64,000 nt of DNA from a virus (Duplodnaviria; Heunggongvirae; Uroviricota; Caudoviricetes): positions 7,041 through 71,040 of IMG/VR virus record IMGVR_UViG_2713896899_000007; one strand, 5' to 3'. Position numbers and translations under genes: made by a program. Shown here piece after piece: positions 10,498 through 21,016 of the stretch; the first letter of the stretch is position 1; the number at the start of each line of letters is the position of its first letter. Below the pieces are notes generated by a model. That model was not told the origin of the DNA. It did not search any database and saw only the letters and a program-made list of their open reading frames with translations.

Positions 10498-10971
10498 TTA
10501 ACCTCTCGTAAAACCGGCTTTTCTGGCAGCCTCAAGAATCGCTTCTGAGAACTGCTTCTCGCTAATTTCCACCGCTCTTTCCAGAAAGTGTGGCCCAACA
10601 CGGGGTTTAACACCGGCAATTGGTGGGTTTGTCACGTTCTTCATTCGAGAAAGATAACCGAGTCGGTATTTACCCAGCTCCATGTACTTAGCATAGTCAC
10701 CTACTTCTACGCCCGGATGCCCCTGACGTGGTTTTGCTCCAGACACAGAAAGCTCAATACGCAGCCCTGAATAACCTTCTTTAATCACCCTGGCAAAGAT
10801 GGCTGTCTCCAGAGATCCGGTTTCCAGCGGGGCCATTGCACGGCTGAGACGCTCAACCAAACGCGCCAGCTTTTCCATGTCCCGAATAAGATATCGCTTA
10901 AATGCTTTCTGGCTGTTGTTGAGTCGATTCCCCGCACGTTTGAACTGATGCGCATCGTATTTCAGACCCAT
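10498..10971 (-). CDS. Hypothetical head-tail joining protein
   Basis: 157-aa ORF in the head-to-tail connector block; no motif recognised. Confidence 0.4.
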   Translation of the reverse strand: MGLKYDAHQFKRAGNRLNNSQKAFKRYLIRDMEKLARLVERLSRAMAPLETGSLETAIFARVIKEGYSGLRIELSVSGAKPRQGHPGVEVGDYAKYMELGKYRLGYLSRMKNVTNPPIAGVKPRVGPHFLERAVEISEKQFSEAILEAARKAGFTRG

Positions 10972-11402
10972 ATATTCGCCCCTACTTCAAGATGCCCTGG
11001 TCTTCCTCGTAGTCCCCAGCGGCGATGAACACTGGACACCTTTAATTTTTGACCTTCAAGGATCAGTACATCATCAAGTTGTACAGCCGCTCCCAAAGGG
11101 ACAACTAACACAGCATCAAACAGCTCCAGACTCGCCTTACCACGACTACCAGAGCTATCAGCACGAACTGACGATTTCTCATTACTCTGTTCGAACTTAA
11201 CCACGCCGACATTCGTCTTCCTGACGAATTGTAATTGCGCCTCACCGTAAACGTTCTTTGCGCCAAAGCGGTAGATCGCAATTTCTGTTTGCCATGAAAT
11301 ATTCATGCTCTCTCCCTGTTGTTGTCGGTCGCTCTCATTACTGGCCAAAAAACCTTTCGACCAAAAGTAAATAATGCGACTGGCGTTACGCACGGCGAAC
11401 AA
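10962..11402 (-). CDS. Hypothetical virion protein (head completion)
   Basis: 146-aa ORF in structural operon; synteny only. Confidence 0.4.
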   Translation of the reverse strand: MFAVRNASRIIYFWSKGFLASNESDRQQQGESMNISWQTEIAIYRFGAKNVYGEAQLQFVRKTNVGVVKFEQSNEKSSVRADSSGSRGKASLELFDAVLVVPLGAAVQLDDVLILEGQKLKVSSVHRRWGLRGRPGHLEVGANIWV

Positions 11403-12219
11403 TCATACGGTTGTTGATGTAACTGACCAGCAAGCGCCAGGTACTGCGAGCCACATGCACGTTTGCAGCTTTGCCGGTACGGTACATGTTGGTTGTTTCA
11501 CCGATGGACTCTGACAAAATGCCATCTTCTCGTGCTGCGGCAACATCATTGCCATTTGCGATCTCACACGCTTCGTTGACAACGGCAAGCATCAACGCTT
11601 CTTTGAAGTAGTCAGGGAACTCTTCAAACTTCTCCTGCGTCATCTTTTCCCAATCGACTAAATCATGCCGGTACGCTCCATCTGCTCCCCACGGAATGTC
11701 ATACACATTCAGCATATTTTGAGGGCGATCGTATCGGTCAAAGTCGATACGTAGAATTTTGCGGATTGAGAACGGTAAAGTTTTAATTCGTCTGGTAGCC
11801 TCAATGAGACGCTTGCGCATTAAGCCTTCACCATCCGACAGCAAAGTGTCCCCATTCAGCATATCGATCGCCTGCATTTGAGCATCAGCGACAGTTGCAA
11901 ACGACTGTTCTGGTATCGACAGTTCAAAACTATTCAGCAGAACATACATTTGCCGCTCTTCATGCGTCAGACCCGATGCAACAGCCTTCACAATGACGTA
12001 CCGCAGATCGCGTTCTTTCTCAGAGAGCTGGTTATATTCAGCCGACACGACAACCGGAATCGACATTTGACCGCTGGTAATTTCTAGCGGCTCGCCATCA
12101 ACGAGAATAGCCCCGGTGCTGTCCTTTACTGTGTAGGTGGCAGATTCGATATCCAGCACGTTGAAGGCAAATGAAAGAGAAACAGCTTCACCGCTACGAT
12201 ACGAGTCGATCTGCGCCAT
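11386..12219 (-). CDS. Hypothetical virion structural protein
   Basis: 277-aa ORF, tightly packed in structural operon. Confidence 0.4.
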   Translation of the reverse strand: MAQIDSYRSGEAVSLSFAFNVLDIESATYTVKDSTGAILVDGEPLEITSGQMSIPVVVSAEYNQLSEKERDLRYVIVKAVASGLTHEERQMYVLLNSFELSIPEQSFATVADAQMQAIDMLNGDTLLSDGEGLMRKRLIEATRRIKTLPFSIRKILRIDFDRYDRPQNMLNVYDIPWGADGAYRHDLVDWEKMTQEKFEEFPDYFKEALMLAVVNEACEIANGNDVAAAREDGILSESIGETTNMYRTGKAANVHVARSTWRLLVSYINNRMIVRRA

Positions 12220-12653
12220 TACTCACCGCCTTGTGCTTTCAGGATGCCTTCAATCATCTCGACAATTCCTTTCGCTTTGACACCAACCTGATTACCAATC
12301 ACACGTAGACCGGCAATGCCTTCATTGTCTGCAATTGACTCCAACTCTTCTCGTGTGAAAGTCTGGATCTGTTTGGCCGGTTCATCTGGTGTCCCACGTT
12401 TCATTGGCACAATGTCAGGTGCTGCTGGCTCGGTAATCAGGTCTGCGGTCAACTCGCCACGATCACTGTATGCGGCAGACGGAGAAACATTTTTGCCCTC
12501 GACTGTTGATGCTCGCATTGAGGCACAAATCCTTTGCTGATCGATAAAAGGCAACTCCGCTACGGACACCCCGTTCTCGAACTGAACGCCGCACAACATT
12601 CCCGAATAACCGGAAAATTGCGGTTCTAATAAAACAATTTTTGCTGGTTTCAT
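12219..12653 (-). CDS. Hypothetical virion protein
   Basis: 144-aa ORF; stop/start juxtaposed with neighbours. Confidence 0.4.
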   Translation of the reverse strand: MKPAKIVLLEPQFSGYSGMLCGVQFENGVSVAELPFIDQQRICASMRASTVEGKNVSPSAAYSDRGELTADLITEPAAPDIVPMKRGTPDEPAKQIQTFTREELESIADNEGIAGLRVIGNQVGVKAKGIVEMIEGILKAQGGE

Positions 12654-12697
12654 AACGCATTCTCTCTACATGGGCGGCTTTCGCCGCCCAATATTGA

Positions 12698-13618
12698 TTA
12701 TTCCTTTGCAGCAGTGACTTCTACGGTCGCTGTCGCTTTGTGGCTACCATCTTGGGTAGTAACCTCGATTGTGGCAGTACCAGCCGCAACGCCAGTTACA
12801 ACACCGGTTTCGCTATCCACCGTTGCAAATTCGGTATTTTTGGATTCCCAAGTAACGGTTTTATTTGTTGCTCCTGCCGGCTCGACATTTGCGGTCAGCT
12901 GAACAGTTTTGTTTGCCTCAACGGTTGTGCTATTTGGGTCGATTTCGACGCCGGTAACAGCCACAACAGGCGCAGTTACTTCCACCGTTGCAGTTGCCTT
13001 TTTGCTGCCATCTTGGGAAACGATCTCAATCGTCGCAGTGCCAACTTCTACACCAGTAACGTTCCCGCTCTGGTCTACCGTTGCCTTATCTTCATTTTTG
13101 GAAGACCAGGTAACAGTCTTATTCGTCGCATTTGACGGCTGAACATTCGCTTTCAGACTGACTGATTTCCCTTTCTCAACAGAGGTTGAGTCTGGCGTTA
13201 CCGTTACGGATTGAACGGCTACCGGATTTACGGTGACTTCCACTGAAGCGGAAAGCTGGGTTTCCTGATCAGTTGCAGTAATTTTTACTTTGCCTGGGGC
13301 TACGCCAGTTACTAATCCAGTGCCGTTAACGGTTGCAATTTGATCATTGGCTGACTTCCAGGTGAATGAACTGGCACTCTTACCCATACTAATACCTGCA
13401 CTAAGTTGAACAGTTTTCCCAACCAAAACTGATGGTGAAGCCGGAGTTATGTTTACGGATTGGGAGAGGGGAACCGCCTGCAAACAAGCAGATAGCTGAC
13501 TTTGTTGCCGCTCGGTTAAAGGTTCATCGGAGATAGAATTGGTAAATCCGGCACGGCACATATGCCCCGTAAAATCCGAAAATGCCTCTTCCGTAATCTT
13601 CATCTTTTGTTCTGGCAT
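12698..13618 (-). CDS. Ig-like (Big_2) tandem-domain protein, probable capsid decoration protein
   Basis: Three tandem about 90-aa repeats (e.g. KTVTWSSKNEDKATVDQSGNVTGVEVGTATIEIVSQDGSKKATATVEVTA); immediately downstream of major capsid gene. Confidence 0.65.
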   Translation of the reverse strand: MPEQKMKITEEAFSDFTGHMCRAGFTNSISDEPLTERQQSQLSACLQAVPLSQSVNITPASPSVLVGKTVQLSAGISMGKSASSFTWKSANDQIATVNGTGLVTGVAPGKVKITATDQETQLSASVEVTVNPVAVQSVTVTPDSTSVEKGKSVSLKANVQPSNATNKTVTWSSKNEDKATVDQSGNVTGVEVGTATIEIVSQDGSKKATATVEVTAPVVAVTGVEIDPNSTTVEANKTVQLTANVEPAGATNKTVTWESKNTEFATVDSETGVVTGVAAGTATIEVTTQDGSHKATATVEVTAAKE

Positions 13619-13691
13619 TTCTCGCTCCTACAAAAAGGGTGGGCGTATAGCCCACCCTTTAACATAGATAACTACCTATCTACTACACTGA

Positions 13692-14567
13692 TTAAATTTT
13701 TACATTGGTCAGTGCAGCGATAGCCTTATCGTGCTTATTCGCCAGAGAGCAGTACCACTTCACACGGGTACGTACTGCGTCTTTGTTCTGTACAGTACCA
13801 ATGTTTTCAACAACGATACCTGCGTTGTCGCCGCCATACAGACCAGTAACGCCGTTCTCTTCTGACAGATGCAGGCAGTAGATGCTTGCTTTGCCAGCAT
13901 CGGTCGGGATGAAGTCGTTGATGATGAACGGAACGCCGTTATGACACAGCATCGGACGACCGAAGTTCTCCATCATGATTTCAGACGGACCTACGTTTAC
14001 TGTACGCAGCAGCGCACGGTAAGCACGAAGGTGCTCTGAACGCATCATGATGCAGTCAGCACCAAGATCTTTCACCGCATCGACCAGTTCGTCGAACATA
14101 GAGAAAGTCATAGATGCACCGGCGATATCGATCTTCTGATCTGCGTGCATCAGGCGTGGAATGCCGTCAAACGCTTTGTTGTTGGTGCTGGAGTCACCCA
14201 AAATCAGATTGCGACGGAACGCACGAGCCAGACCTTTAACTTTCTGACGAACCTGAATAGCCAACTGGTTATTGGTGTCGGCCATAGTGGTCGCCAGGAA
14301 TTTATCAACGTCTACGTCACCAGCCAGAATACGCAGTTTCGCAACGCATTCTTCGAAGGTTGCTGCACCTTCCGGGATGGTGTCGTTAACGTCGATGAAG
14401 GTAGCTTCACTCAGCGTTTTTTCACGGTTGTACAGATATGCCTTTGAATTAATTTTCATAAAAGGCAGGATGGCAAACAGGTCATCGCGATCAATGATAG
14501 TTTCGATCACACCCTGTTCGAGTTCGTTGTTAGACAGCTTTTCAGCTTCTTCACGCAGTAATGGCAT
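13692..14567 (-). CDS. Major capsid protein (lambda gpE-like)
   Basis: 291 aa between scaffold-like and decoration genes; C-terminal GLYGGDNAGIVVENIGTVQNKDA resembles the lambda E C-terminal block. Confidence 0.6.
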   Translation of the reverse strand: MPLLREEAEKLSNNELEQGVIETIIDRDDLFAILPFMKINSKAYLYNREKTLSEATFIDVNDTIPEGAATFEECVAKLRILAGDVDVDKFLATTMADTNNQLAIQVRQKVKGLARAFRRNLILGDSSTNNKAFDGIPRLMHADQKIDIAGASMTFSMFDELVDAVKDLGADCIMMRSEHLRAYRALLRTVNVGPSEIMMENFGRPMLCHNGVPFIINDFIPTDAGKASIYCLHLSEENGVTGLYGGDNAGIVVENIGTVQNKDAVRTRVKWYCSLANKHDKAIAALTNVKI

Positions 14568-14592
14568 CTATCAATTCCCTTTGATTTAGATG

Positions 14593-15480
14593 TTACTTAA
14601 GTCCAATTTTCCCCAGACCGGAGGCCAACTTATCCATAGTCGACTTGTTCTTCGGTTGGGATATTGTGTAGGTCGATTTGGAATGTGAGCCTACACCCTG
14701 CTTGGCTTCGCTACGCATCAATGCGTCAGCTTCCGGATCTGCCCGCACAATGCGTTCAATCGCGGATTCAAACGGCAACGGCTTACCTTCACCGTCAACC
14801 AGAACAGCTCGTTCTTTATGACCTGCCGGTTTGTCATAACCCACTACGCTACCGTCTTCACCCACTTCAAAATGAGAACCGTAGATCACGCGGGCTTTTG
14901 CCGGAGTCATCAGAACTTTGTCACGTAGGAAGAGAGAGTTACTGAAGGAAGCGCCCACGGTCATCTCGACTAATTGAGATTTCAGTGATGCGTTTTCACT
15001 TTCCAGTGCTGCATAACGTTCGTCACGCTGTGCCAGCTCTGCCTGGTGTGCTTCGATCATCTGTTTTTTAACAGCATCGAACTCACCACGACGCTCCAGT
15101 TCAGCTTGCTCCGCCTCACGACGTGCGTTTTCTGCGGCCTGTTCAGCTTCTAAAAGCTGGCGAGCACGCGCCGGATCGATATCACCGTACTGAGCAAGCT
15201 GATCGGCCAATGTGCGCTCTTTCTCTTTGCGCTTCATGTTCTCCTTCAGCAGTTCAGCACCAGCTTTCTTGGTTTTACGAAGTTCGGCCAGTAACTCTTC
15301 CTGAGTCATGCCAGCGTATTCGTCATCGCCCTTCGGCTGCTCTTTTTGTTCACCCTGTTTGTCAGGATCTTGTGTACTCTGCTCATTATCAGCAGCTACA
15401 CCGCCAGCGCCTCCACGCTCATGCGCCTCAGCGACATCCATCAGACCACGACGGGCCAAAAGCATTTGCCACAGATTCAT
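14593..15480 (-). CDS. Scaffolding protein (putative)
   Basis: 295-aa highly charged, Ala/Glu/Gln-rich helical protein between portal and capsid genes. Confidence 0.45.
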   Translation of the reverse strand: MNLWQMLLARRGLMDVAEAHERGGAGGVAADNEQSTQDPDKQGEQKEQPKGDDEYAGMTQEELLAELRKTKKAGAELLKENMKRKEKERTLADQLAQYGDIDPARARQLLEAEQAAENARREAEQAELERRGEFDAVKKQMIEAHQAELAQRDERYAALESENASLKSQLVEMTVGASFSNSLFLRDKVLMTPAKARVIYGSHFEVGEDGSVVGYDKPAGHKERAVLVDGEGKPLPFESAIERIVRADPEADALMRSEAKQGVGSHSKSTYTISQPKNKSTMDKLASGLGKIGLK

Positions 15481-15501
15481 AAAAATTCCTTTTGTTACTT
15501 A

Positions 15502-17076
15502 TCACTCGTTCTCTTGAGTAGATGAGTCCCCATTCCCTCGGGGTTGATCTTGCCCGCTTTCTTGGGCTGCACCACGATCATAAGTAAGTGCTGACTTATT
15601 TTCAAGGGTATTTAGATCATTTTTTGGCGGAAAATTCAAGAGATCTTTATCAAATTCCTTTTTCATCGCCTCAGTAATGTTCGGGAAAATCTTCTCAATA
15701 AGCATTTCCATCTGGTGACGACGTACAGAGTCCGGTGCCTGAAGTAATGACAGTTTCTCGGCAACAGAAAATTCATCTGTAAGGCCACGAATATCGAAAC
15801 TTTCTGGATACGCTATTAAAGAGTGGTCTTCGTCCAGATCTACCCCCATCCATTTCGCAACCAGTAGCATGATTTGGCGTTCAGCCCTTTCCAGACGCTC
15901 TGCTTTTGTGACAAGCAAGCTATTTACACGCTGGAAGTCATACATTTTTGCGGCACCAGATGAGTTATCGATTCCCTGTGCGTTGTCCTGCTTCGTTCGC
16001 TCACCAGCTACACCAACTGAATGGTAGATTTCGTTAATCACCGTCTTAATCGTAGTGATGATCATCTGAGCTTGTTTCGGGTCTGGTGACAGATAAAACG
16101 GCTGGTTTCCACCTTCAGAATCGTAGGTGAAGACTCGCTTTGTGCCCATTTCAAGCACTTTAGTGTGGTTTTCATCACCAGGTAAAAGCGACTGTACCGG
16201 TATAGCCAACTGGCTAAATGTCTGATCCTGAATAATGGCATCAAGGTTTGACAGATAGTTTGCAACCGCACGATCAAGATAAGCGATATCATCGATCAAC
16301 GATGGGCTGAAATACGGTGATTCACTTTCTCCAATACAATCAACAGGAAACACAGGAACTACGCCGAGATTATGCTCACCGCTATCCTCTAAAATAACTT
16401 TTGCCTGACGGCGACCTGCTCCACCAGCGCCCTTCTTCACTTCCTCACGGAACAGATACCACTCGTTTTGTGTCCACAGACGATAACGTTGGTATTCCTG
16501 ACCTGTAGAAGTAAAAGGATCTGCGTCATCACGAGCGACTTCCACAATTAACGCCCACAACATATTCCCGTCGTCGTCCCATGCCACATCCAGCATTTGC
16601 TGAGGTGAAATCCAGTAGGCGTAGGCGCGAGCATCTTTCTTTTTCTCGTCAGCTACTGACTCAACATCACCACTCATCGTGCTATCGACAACAACCCATA
16701 TGCGACCGTAAATAGACGACTGCAAATCAATAGCGGCCATAAATGAGTCAATAGAGGCATTCTGGCGAGTCGCACGTTTCCAGAAATTGCGGATCTGCTC
16801 TGGTGCCTCTTCGATATTTCTATGAATGTCTTCTTTAAAGAGATATTTGTTGATGAGGTTTACCACCTCACGAGTGTGGTTGAAGCGATAAGCACGCTCA
16901 ACTCGCTCCTTAAACTCCTGATCTCCCTCTTTAAAGTAACGAAAGATATTGTCTGTAAACCAACCACGCCCGCCAGCGTAAGTGCTGGCGAGGAAGTCCC
17001 AATGTTCTTTTTTCTTTTCGTATTCCGGGTGGCGTCGCGCCACCAGATCCTTAATTTGTTTGTCGTTCAATTCCAT
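15502..17076 (-). CDS. Portal protein
   Basis: 524-aa ORF immediately downstream of large terminase. Confidence 0.6.
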   Translation of the reverse strand: MELNDKQIKDLVARRHPEYEKKKEHWDFLASTYAGGRGWFTDNIFRYFKEGDQEFKERVERAYRFNHTREVVNLINKYLFKEDIHRNIEEAPEQIRNFWKRATRQNASIDSFMAAIDLQSSIYGRIWVVVDSTMSGDVESVADEKKKDARAYAYWISPQQMLDVAWDDDGNMLWALIVEVARDDADPFTSTGQEYQRYRLWTQNEWYLFREEVKKGAGGAGRRQAKVILEDSGEHNLGVVPVFPVDCIGESESPYFSPSLIDDIAYLDRAVANYLSNLDAIIQDQTFSQLAIPVQSLLPGDENHTKVLEMGTKRVFTYDSEGGNQPFYLSPDPKQAQMIITTIKTVINEIYHSVGVAGERTKQDNAQGIDNSSGAAKMYDFQRVNSLLVTKAERLERAERQIMLLVAKWMGVDLDEDHSLIAYPESFDIRGLTDEFSVAEKLSLLQAPDSVRRHQMEMLIEKIFPNITEAMKKEFDKDLLNFPPKNDLNTLENKSALTYDRGAAQESGQDQPRGNGDSSTQENE

Positions 17077-17102
17077 TTGAATAACCTTAGATAATTACTT
17101 AC

Positions 17103-18359
17103 CTATCTAGAACCACCAAGAATAACACGGTTTTTGACTGGATACCTACGATGTACTGGATAGCCCAATGCGTCTGCACTATGCTCAATGCCACCTGTCT
17201 TATCCATATCTCGTGTTCCAGGCTTGTAGATGACTTTTTCCAGTGAATCAATCAAATGCTTGCACTTCGGATCGATATACAACCGGATATCTCCAGATGC
17301 GGTCATCAGCATTCGGTTAACAGCATTAACACGATCCGCAATTGGCGGGTGCTTTTTCGAATAATCGACACGTAAGAATCCCTTCTCTTTGAAAATGTCG
17401 ACGTCAGACTCCCCGCGAGCATGTTGGCGATAAGCACCTGCCGGATCTGGAAATACCGTTATCTGTGATTTCCAGCGCCAGAAGCGTCTCTCAAGCTCAT
17501 CACAAACCTCTGCCGTGTTAGAGGAAAAGAGCACCAATTCATCAATTGCCCATAGCTCACCATTTGGCTGAGGTTGCAAAATTACTGAAGACATCGGGTC
17601 AATGTTGAAGTCCTGCCCTACCCATATAGGCAACCGAGGGTTGAACTGAAGCGGTTTTACATGCACGTTACGATCGAACGGGTAGTAAACGCGCCCGGAC
17701 ATGTTCTCAAAGCTCGCCAGGTACTCCTGAGCGAACGATTTCGGGTCCATATCGTTCTTAGCAGCTTCAATTTCCGCCGTAGGTACAAACGGAGAATCGG
17801 CAGTTACAAACTGCCAGCTCTTCCACTGTCCCTTTCTTTGCAGCTCTACGTTCTGGCCTATAGTCCACAGTTTGTGAAATTCCGAGAAGCCTTTTGGCGT
17901 ACCAATGATCAGTGCACCGCCGCGTGTCGATGAAAGAGTAGGTCGTAACACCTTGTACCAGGTGTCAGCCTTCATATCCTGAAATTCATCAAGCACTACA
18001 AAATGCAACGCTACGCCGCGCAGAGTGTCAGGCTTATCAGCACCTTTGAGGGCGATCTCCGAACCGTTCTTCAACACGATTGTCATCGTGGTGTCGTTCT
18101 TTTTCCTAACCCACTTACGAGGCAGAACTTCCTGTAGATCGTCCCACAAAATCTGGCGAGCCATCTGGTAAGTAGGAGCGACATACCAGACTCTTTGCTT
18201 TTTTTCCTTTGCCGCCGCACGAATAATAGTGGAGATCGACAACCGGGATTTTCCCCAGCGTCGACCAGCACAAACAACTTTAAATCGATGCGGAGACTGG
18301 AAGACTTTCATCTGTCCAGAATGCAGTTGCACAAGACTGAGCGAGGACGGGATTGCCAT
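17103..18359 (-). CDS. Terminase large subunit
   Basis: Walker A-like VCAGRRWGKS, Walker B-like FVVLDEF, C-terminal nuclease-like region; follows small terminase. Confidence 0.8.
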   Translation of the reverse strand: MAIPSSLSLVQLHSGQMKVFQSPHRFKVVCAGRRWGKSRLSISTIIRAAAKEKKQRVWYVAPTYQMARQILWDDLQEVLPRKWVRKKNDTTMTIVLKNGSEIALKGADKPDTLRGVALHFVVLDEFQDMKADTWYKVLRPTLSSTRGGALIIGTPKGFSEFHKLWTIGQNVELQRKGQWKSWQFVTADSPFVPTAEIEAAKNDMDPKSFAQEYLASFENMSGRVYYPFDRNVHVKPLQFNPRLPIWVGQDFNIDPMSSVILQPQPNGELWAIDELVLFSSNTAEVCDELERRFWRWKSQITVFPDPAGAYRQHARGESDVDIFKEKGFLRVDYSKKHPPIADRVNAVNRMLMTASGDIRLYIDPKCKHLIDSLEKVIYKPGTRDMDKTGGIEHSADALGYPVHRRYPVKNRVILGGSR

Positions 18360-18991
18360 TATTCGTCCTCCCCTTCACTTCCATCATCTGTCGCATCAAA
18401 TTCGCTTAGAGCTTCTTCTTCCAACGTCTCAAGCAATTCGTCATCGATGATTTCAGGCTCGTCGTCTTCCTGACGTAATTTCGCCACCTGGGAAGGCGTA
18501 AGCTCACCAAATACCAGGTTCGGAATTTCTTCCTCGTCATTTTCAGCATGATCCATGCCCAATGCTTTGGACGAAACTTCAAAGCATTTTGCAAGGGTAT
18601 TACTGGCTCTCTGTAAGCTCTTGAGAGAATCCTCAATCGCCCCTAAAGGCTTACCATCACGTTTGGCCGTAGTGACTTCGACCATCACCATCTGCCCCAA
18701 CGCATACGCCCAGCCGTCATAACGTGTACGACGTTCTTCTATCTTTTCCGCACGGGCTTTAGCGCGAAGCTCTGCGTCAGATTTAAGAGACTCACGAACC
18801 ATCTTCCCAACAGAGTCCGCGCCTTTCTCTAATCCTCGCTTTTTGAAATGTCTGGAGAGTGTTTCACGACGAATGCCGTACTCTTCCTCCAGCTTTGAGA
18901 GTGTATATTCGCCTGACGTCCATTTGGCTTCAGCTTCGGCCCACTCCGCTGGTGTCAGGCGAGTTTTTACCTCGTCTTTTTCGACCGTCAT
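18359..18991 (-). CDS. Terminase small subunit (putative)
   Basis: 210 aa, N-terminal HTH-like segment, very acidic C-terminus, first gene of late operon; ATG at 18989-18991. Confidence 0.55.
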   Translation of the reverse strand: MTVEKDEVKTRLTPAEWAEAEAKWTSGEYTLSKLEEEYGIRRETLSRHFKKRGLEKGADSVGKMVRESLKSDAELRAKARAEKIEERRTRYDGWAYALGQMVMVEVTTAKRDGKPLGAIEDSLKSLQRASNTLAKCFEVSSKALGMDHAENDEEEIPNLVFGELTPSQVAKLRQEDDEPEIIDDELLETLEEEALSEFDATDDGSEGEDE

Positions 18992-19086
18992 AGATCCCTC
19001 TAAAACACACAGAGCGCGTCCATGCGCTCTAAAACAACTTGTTTACTGCGTATGCTAACCAACTTGTTTTCTGGGGTGTTTAATTA

Positions 19087-19185
19087 GGTCTGGGCATGTC
19101 TTACTAAGCCTGCTTCCGTATATATTTAATAAGTTACTTATTATTTATATATACGGAAGCAGGTCTTTAAATAAGCTCCCAGACC
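19087..19185. repeat. Long palindromic element, copy 1
   Basis: Inner 16-bp perfect inverted repeat CCTGCTTCCGTATATA (19109-19124 / 19148-19163) with 23-nt AT-rich loop; outer arms GGTCTGGG / CCCAGACC. Confidence 0.7.
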
Positions 19186-19187
19186 GA

Positions 19188-19454
19188 TTACATCACCAGT
19201 AACTTCGCTTTGGCTCGACCTAAAGTGGTTAACCCAAGAGTCCGGCGGTGATAGCGATTGTCACTGCGTTGGCGCGTATGCCCTTTCTCCACCAGCCCCT
19301 TTTTTATCAGAGCGCGAATTGAGAACTGAATACTTTGCTTGGTTGTCTTGTACGGCAAAACTTCAAGCAATTCGTCCAGATCAAGTAGATGACCTCGCTC
19401 ATAACCGAGATTGAGCGTTTTGATGATGTCCTTTTGTTTATCGGTTAACGTCAT
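19188..19454 (-). CDS. Small winged-helix-like DNA-binding protein (putative regulator)
   Basis: 88 aa, basic; predicted helix-turn-helix region. Confidence 0.35.
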   Translation of the reverse strand: MTLTDKQKDIIKTLNLGYERGHLLDLDELLEVLPYKTTKQSIQFSIRALIKKGLVEKGHTRQRSDNRYHRRTLGLTTLGRAKAKLLVM

Positions 19455-19463
19455 GGCAAATCC

Positions 19464-20354
19464 TTATGCCGGTAAAGCAATTTCTAACGGTTTATCCAAA
19501 GGTTGTTTGTCGAATGCCAGCAGTGGCAGCGTGTCAGGCAGTCGACGACCAAAGTCAGGGTTTCGATACACACCATACAACGGAGACGTAAAGCTCAGGT
19601 TGTGAATGTCCTTGAGCAGCTTCACAATGCTGGCCTCGTCCACCAGACTGTCGGCAATGTCCTGAATCGTCGTGCCACGATTCCGCCCAGCTTTTGCCAG
19701 GGAACTGTTCTTGTGGTAGTCCGCCACCAGATCACGCAGTGCACGGCGACGACGAGACTCGCTCATTGCGAACAACTCTTTGACGATCGCCTCGTTATCA
19801 CCCGGGTCAGAACGGAAATGGCGCTGGAATACACGCAGTGCACTTTCATAGCTCTTCGGTCGCTCAGGGCGGATGAACTTAAACCCCGCTTTCATGGCGA
19901 AGGGATTGTATTTGCTCATCGAGGACTGGATCTCAATGATTGGCCGGTCATGCATCCTGCTAACCAGGTTAATCATTCGATAAGAGACGCCTACGCCACG
20001 ATACTGAGTATCCACAACTGAGCGACTGATCACCGCAAAGTTGTTATTCACGTACCGACCCCAGTACTGGTTAGCCACGGTGGTATTAGTGGTTGGTTTC
20101 AACTTAGGAAACATGCGGTGGCGAGGTGCCAACAGTAGTTTCGGGTAAGCCATAACCACGACGCCCACCAGACGGTCATCAAGTTCGCAGCGATAGTAAG
20201 TTGGCGCGAAAGGTTTGCCGTCTGTTTTGTAGTGAAGCGACTTAAGAGCGTGCCAGTCCTCTACAGTTCCCTTTGTAACAGTCATTCGCTCCAGAAAGTC
20301 CAGATGACGCGGAAACTCTTCAGGGCGGTAGCGTTTAATGATGATGTCCGTCAT
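19464..20354 (-). CDS. GNAT-fold acetyltransferase-like protein with C-terminal extension
   Basis: GNAT motif A-like VVDTQYRGVGVSYRMINLV and motif B-like NPFAMKAGFKFI; 296 aa. Confidence 0.5.
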   Translation of the reverse strand: MTDIIIKRYRPEEFPRHLDFLERMTVTKGTVEDWHALKSLHYKTDGKPFAPTYYRCELDDRLVGVVVMAYPKLLLAPRHRMFPKLKPTTNTTVANQYWGRYVNNNFAVISRSVVDTQYRGVGVSYRMINLVSRMHDRPIIEIQSSMSKYNPFAMKAGFKFIRPERPKSYESALRVFQRHFRSDPGDNEAIVKELFAMSESRRRRALRDLVADYHKNSSLAKAGRNRGTTIQDIADSLVDEASIVKLLKDIHNLSFTSPLYGVYRNPDFGRRLPDTLPLLAFDKQPLDKPLEIALPA

Positions 20355-21016
20355 GAATGGACCTCATCGTGACTACCATTGTGATATTCCACCTTCACGC
20401 GTTCTTTGTAGTGCTTGGTGATCTGCATATCCGGGCGCAGCGCGTTCTTCAGGTCTTCGTGAGTCGTCGCCACCATTACCGTCGCACCAACCTTTCGAGC
20501 GGCACGCTGGAGGTTAGACGCCACAACCTGAGCGGTTACACGGTCGAGAACAGCGCCGAACTCGTCAGCAGCCCACACTTTAGCGTCTGACTCAATCAGT
20601 TTGGCAATCTTGAGACGATATTTCTGGCCGTCTGACATTTCAGAAGGCTTGCGAACAAACAGATATGCATCGTTCAGACCAGCCATAGATAACAACCCAA
20701 GCGCATCACTGGTCGTTTTGCCCAACTGATCGATGACGTTAACCTCATTATCGAAGGTAAAATCATCGATGGAGGCTACAGACAGCCCTTCATCCTTCAT
20801 CTGTCGTTGCAACTCGCGCAGCACAACGGATTTGCCGGAACCGGATTGGCCGGTGATGTACACCACATCGCCCTGCTTCACTTCCAGCTCCAGATTGTCG
20901 TAAAGCGTCCACTCTTTTTCGTCCAGGCCAAGCCCGAACGACTCAGCGATTTCCAATGTGCGCGTGGTTTTATTTACGCGTGTCTGAAACGATACGTTGA
21001 TGATGTATTTGCTCAT
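20351..21016 (-). CDS. Soluble ABC-type ATPase
   Basis: Walker A GQSGSGKS, ABC signature-like SDGQKYRL, Walker B VWAADEF, H-loop TTHE; no transmembrane domain; stop overlaps GNAT start. Confidence 0.65.
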   Translation of the reverse strand: MSKYIINVSFQTRVNKTTRTLEIAESFGLGLDEKEWTLYDNLELEVKQGDVVYITGQSGSGKSVVLRELQRQMKDEGLSVASIDDFTFDNEVNVIDQLGKTTSDALGLLSMAGLNDAYLFVRKPSEMSDGQKYRLKIAKLIESDAKVWAADEFGAVLDRVTAQVVASNLQRAARKVGATVMVATTHEDLKNALRPDMQITKHYKERVKVEYHNGSHDEVHS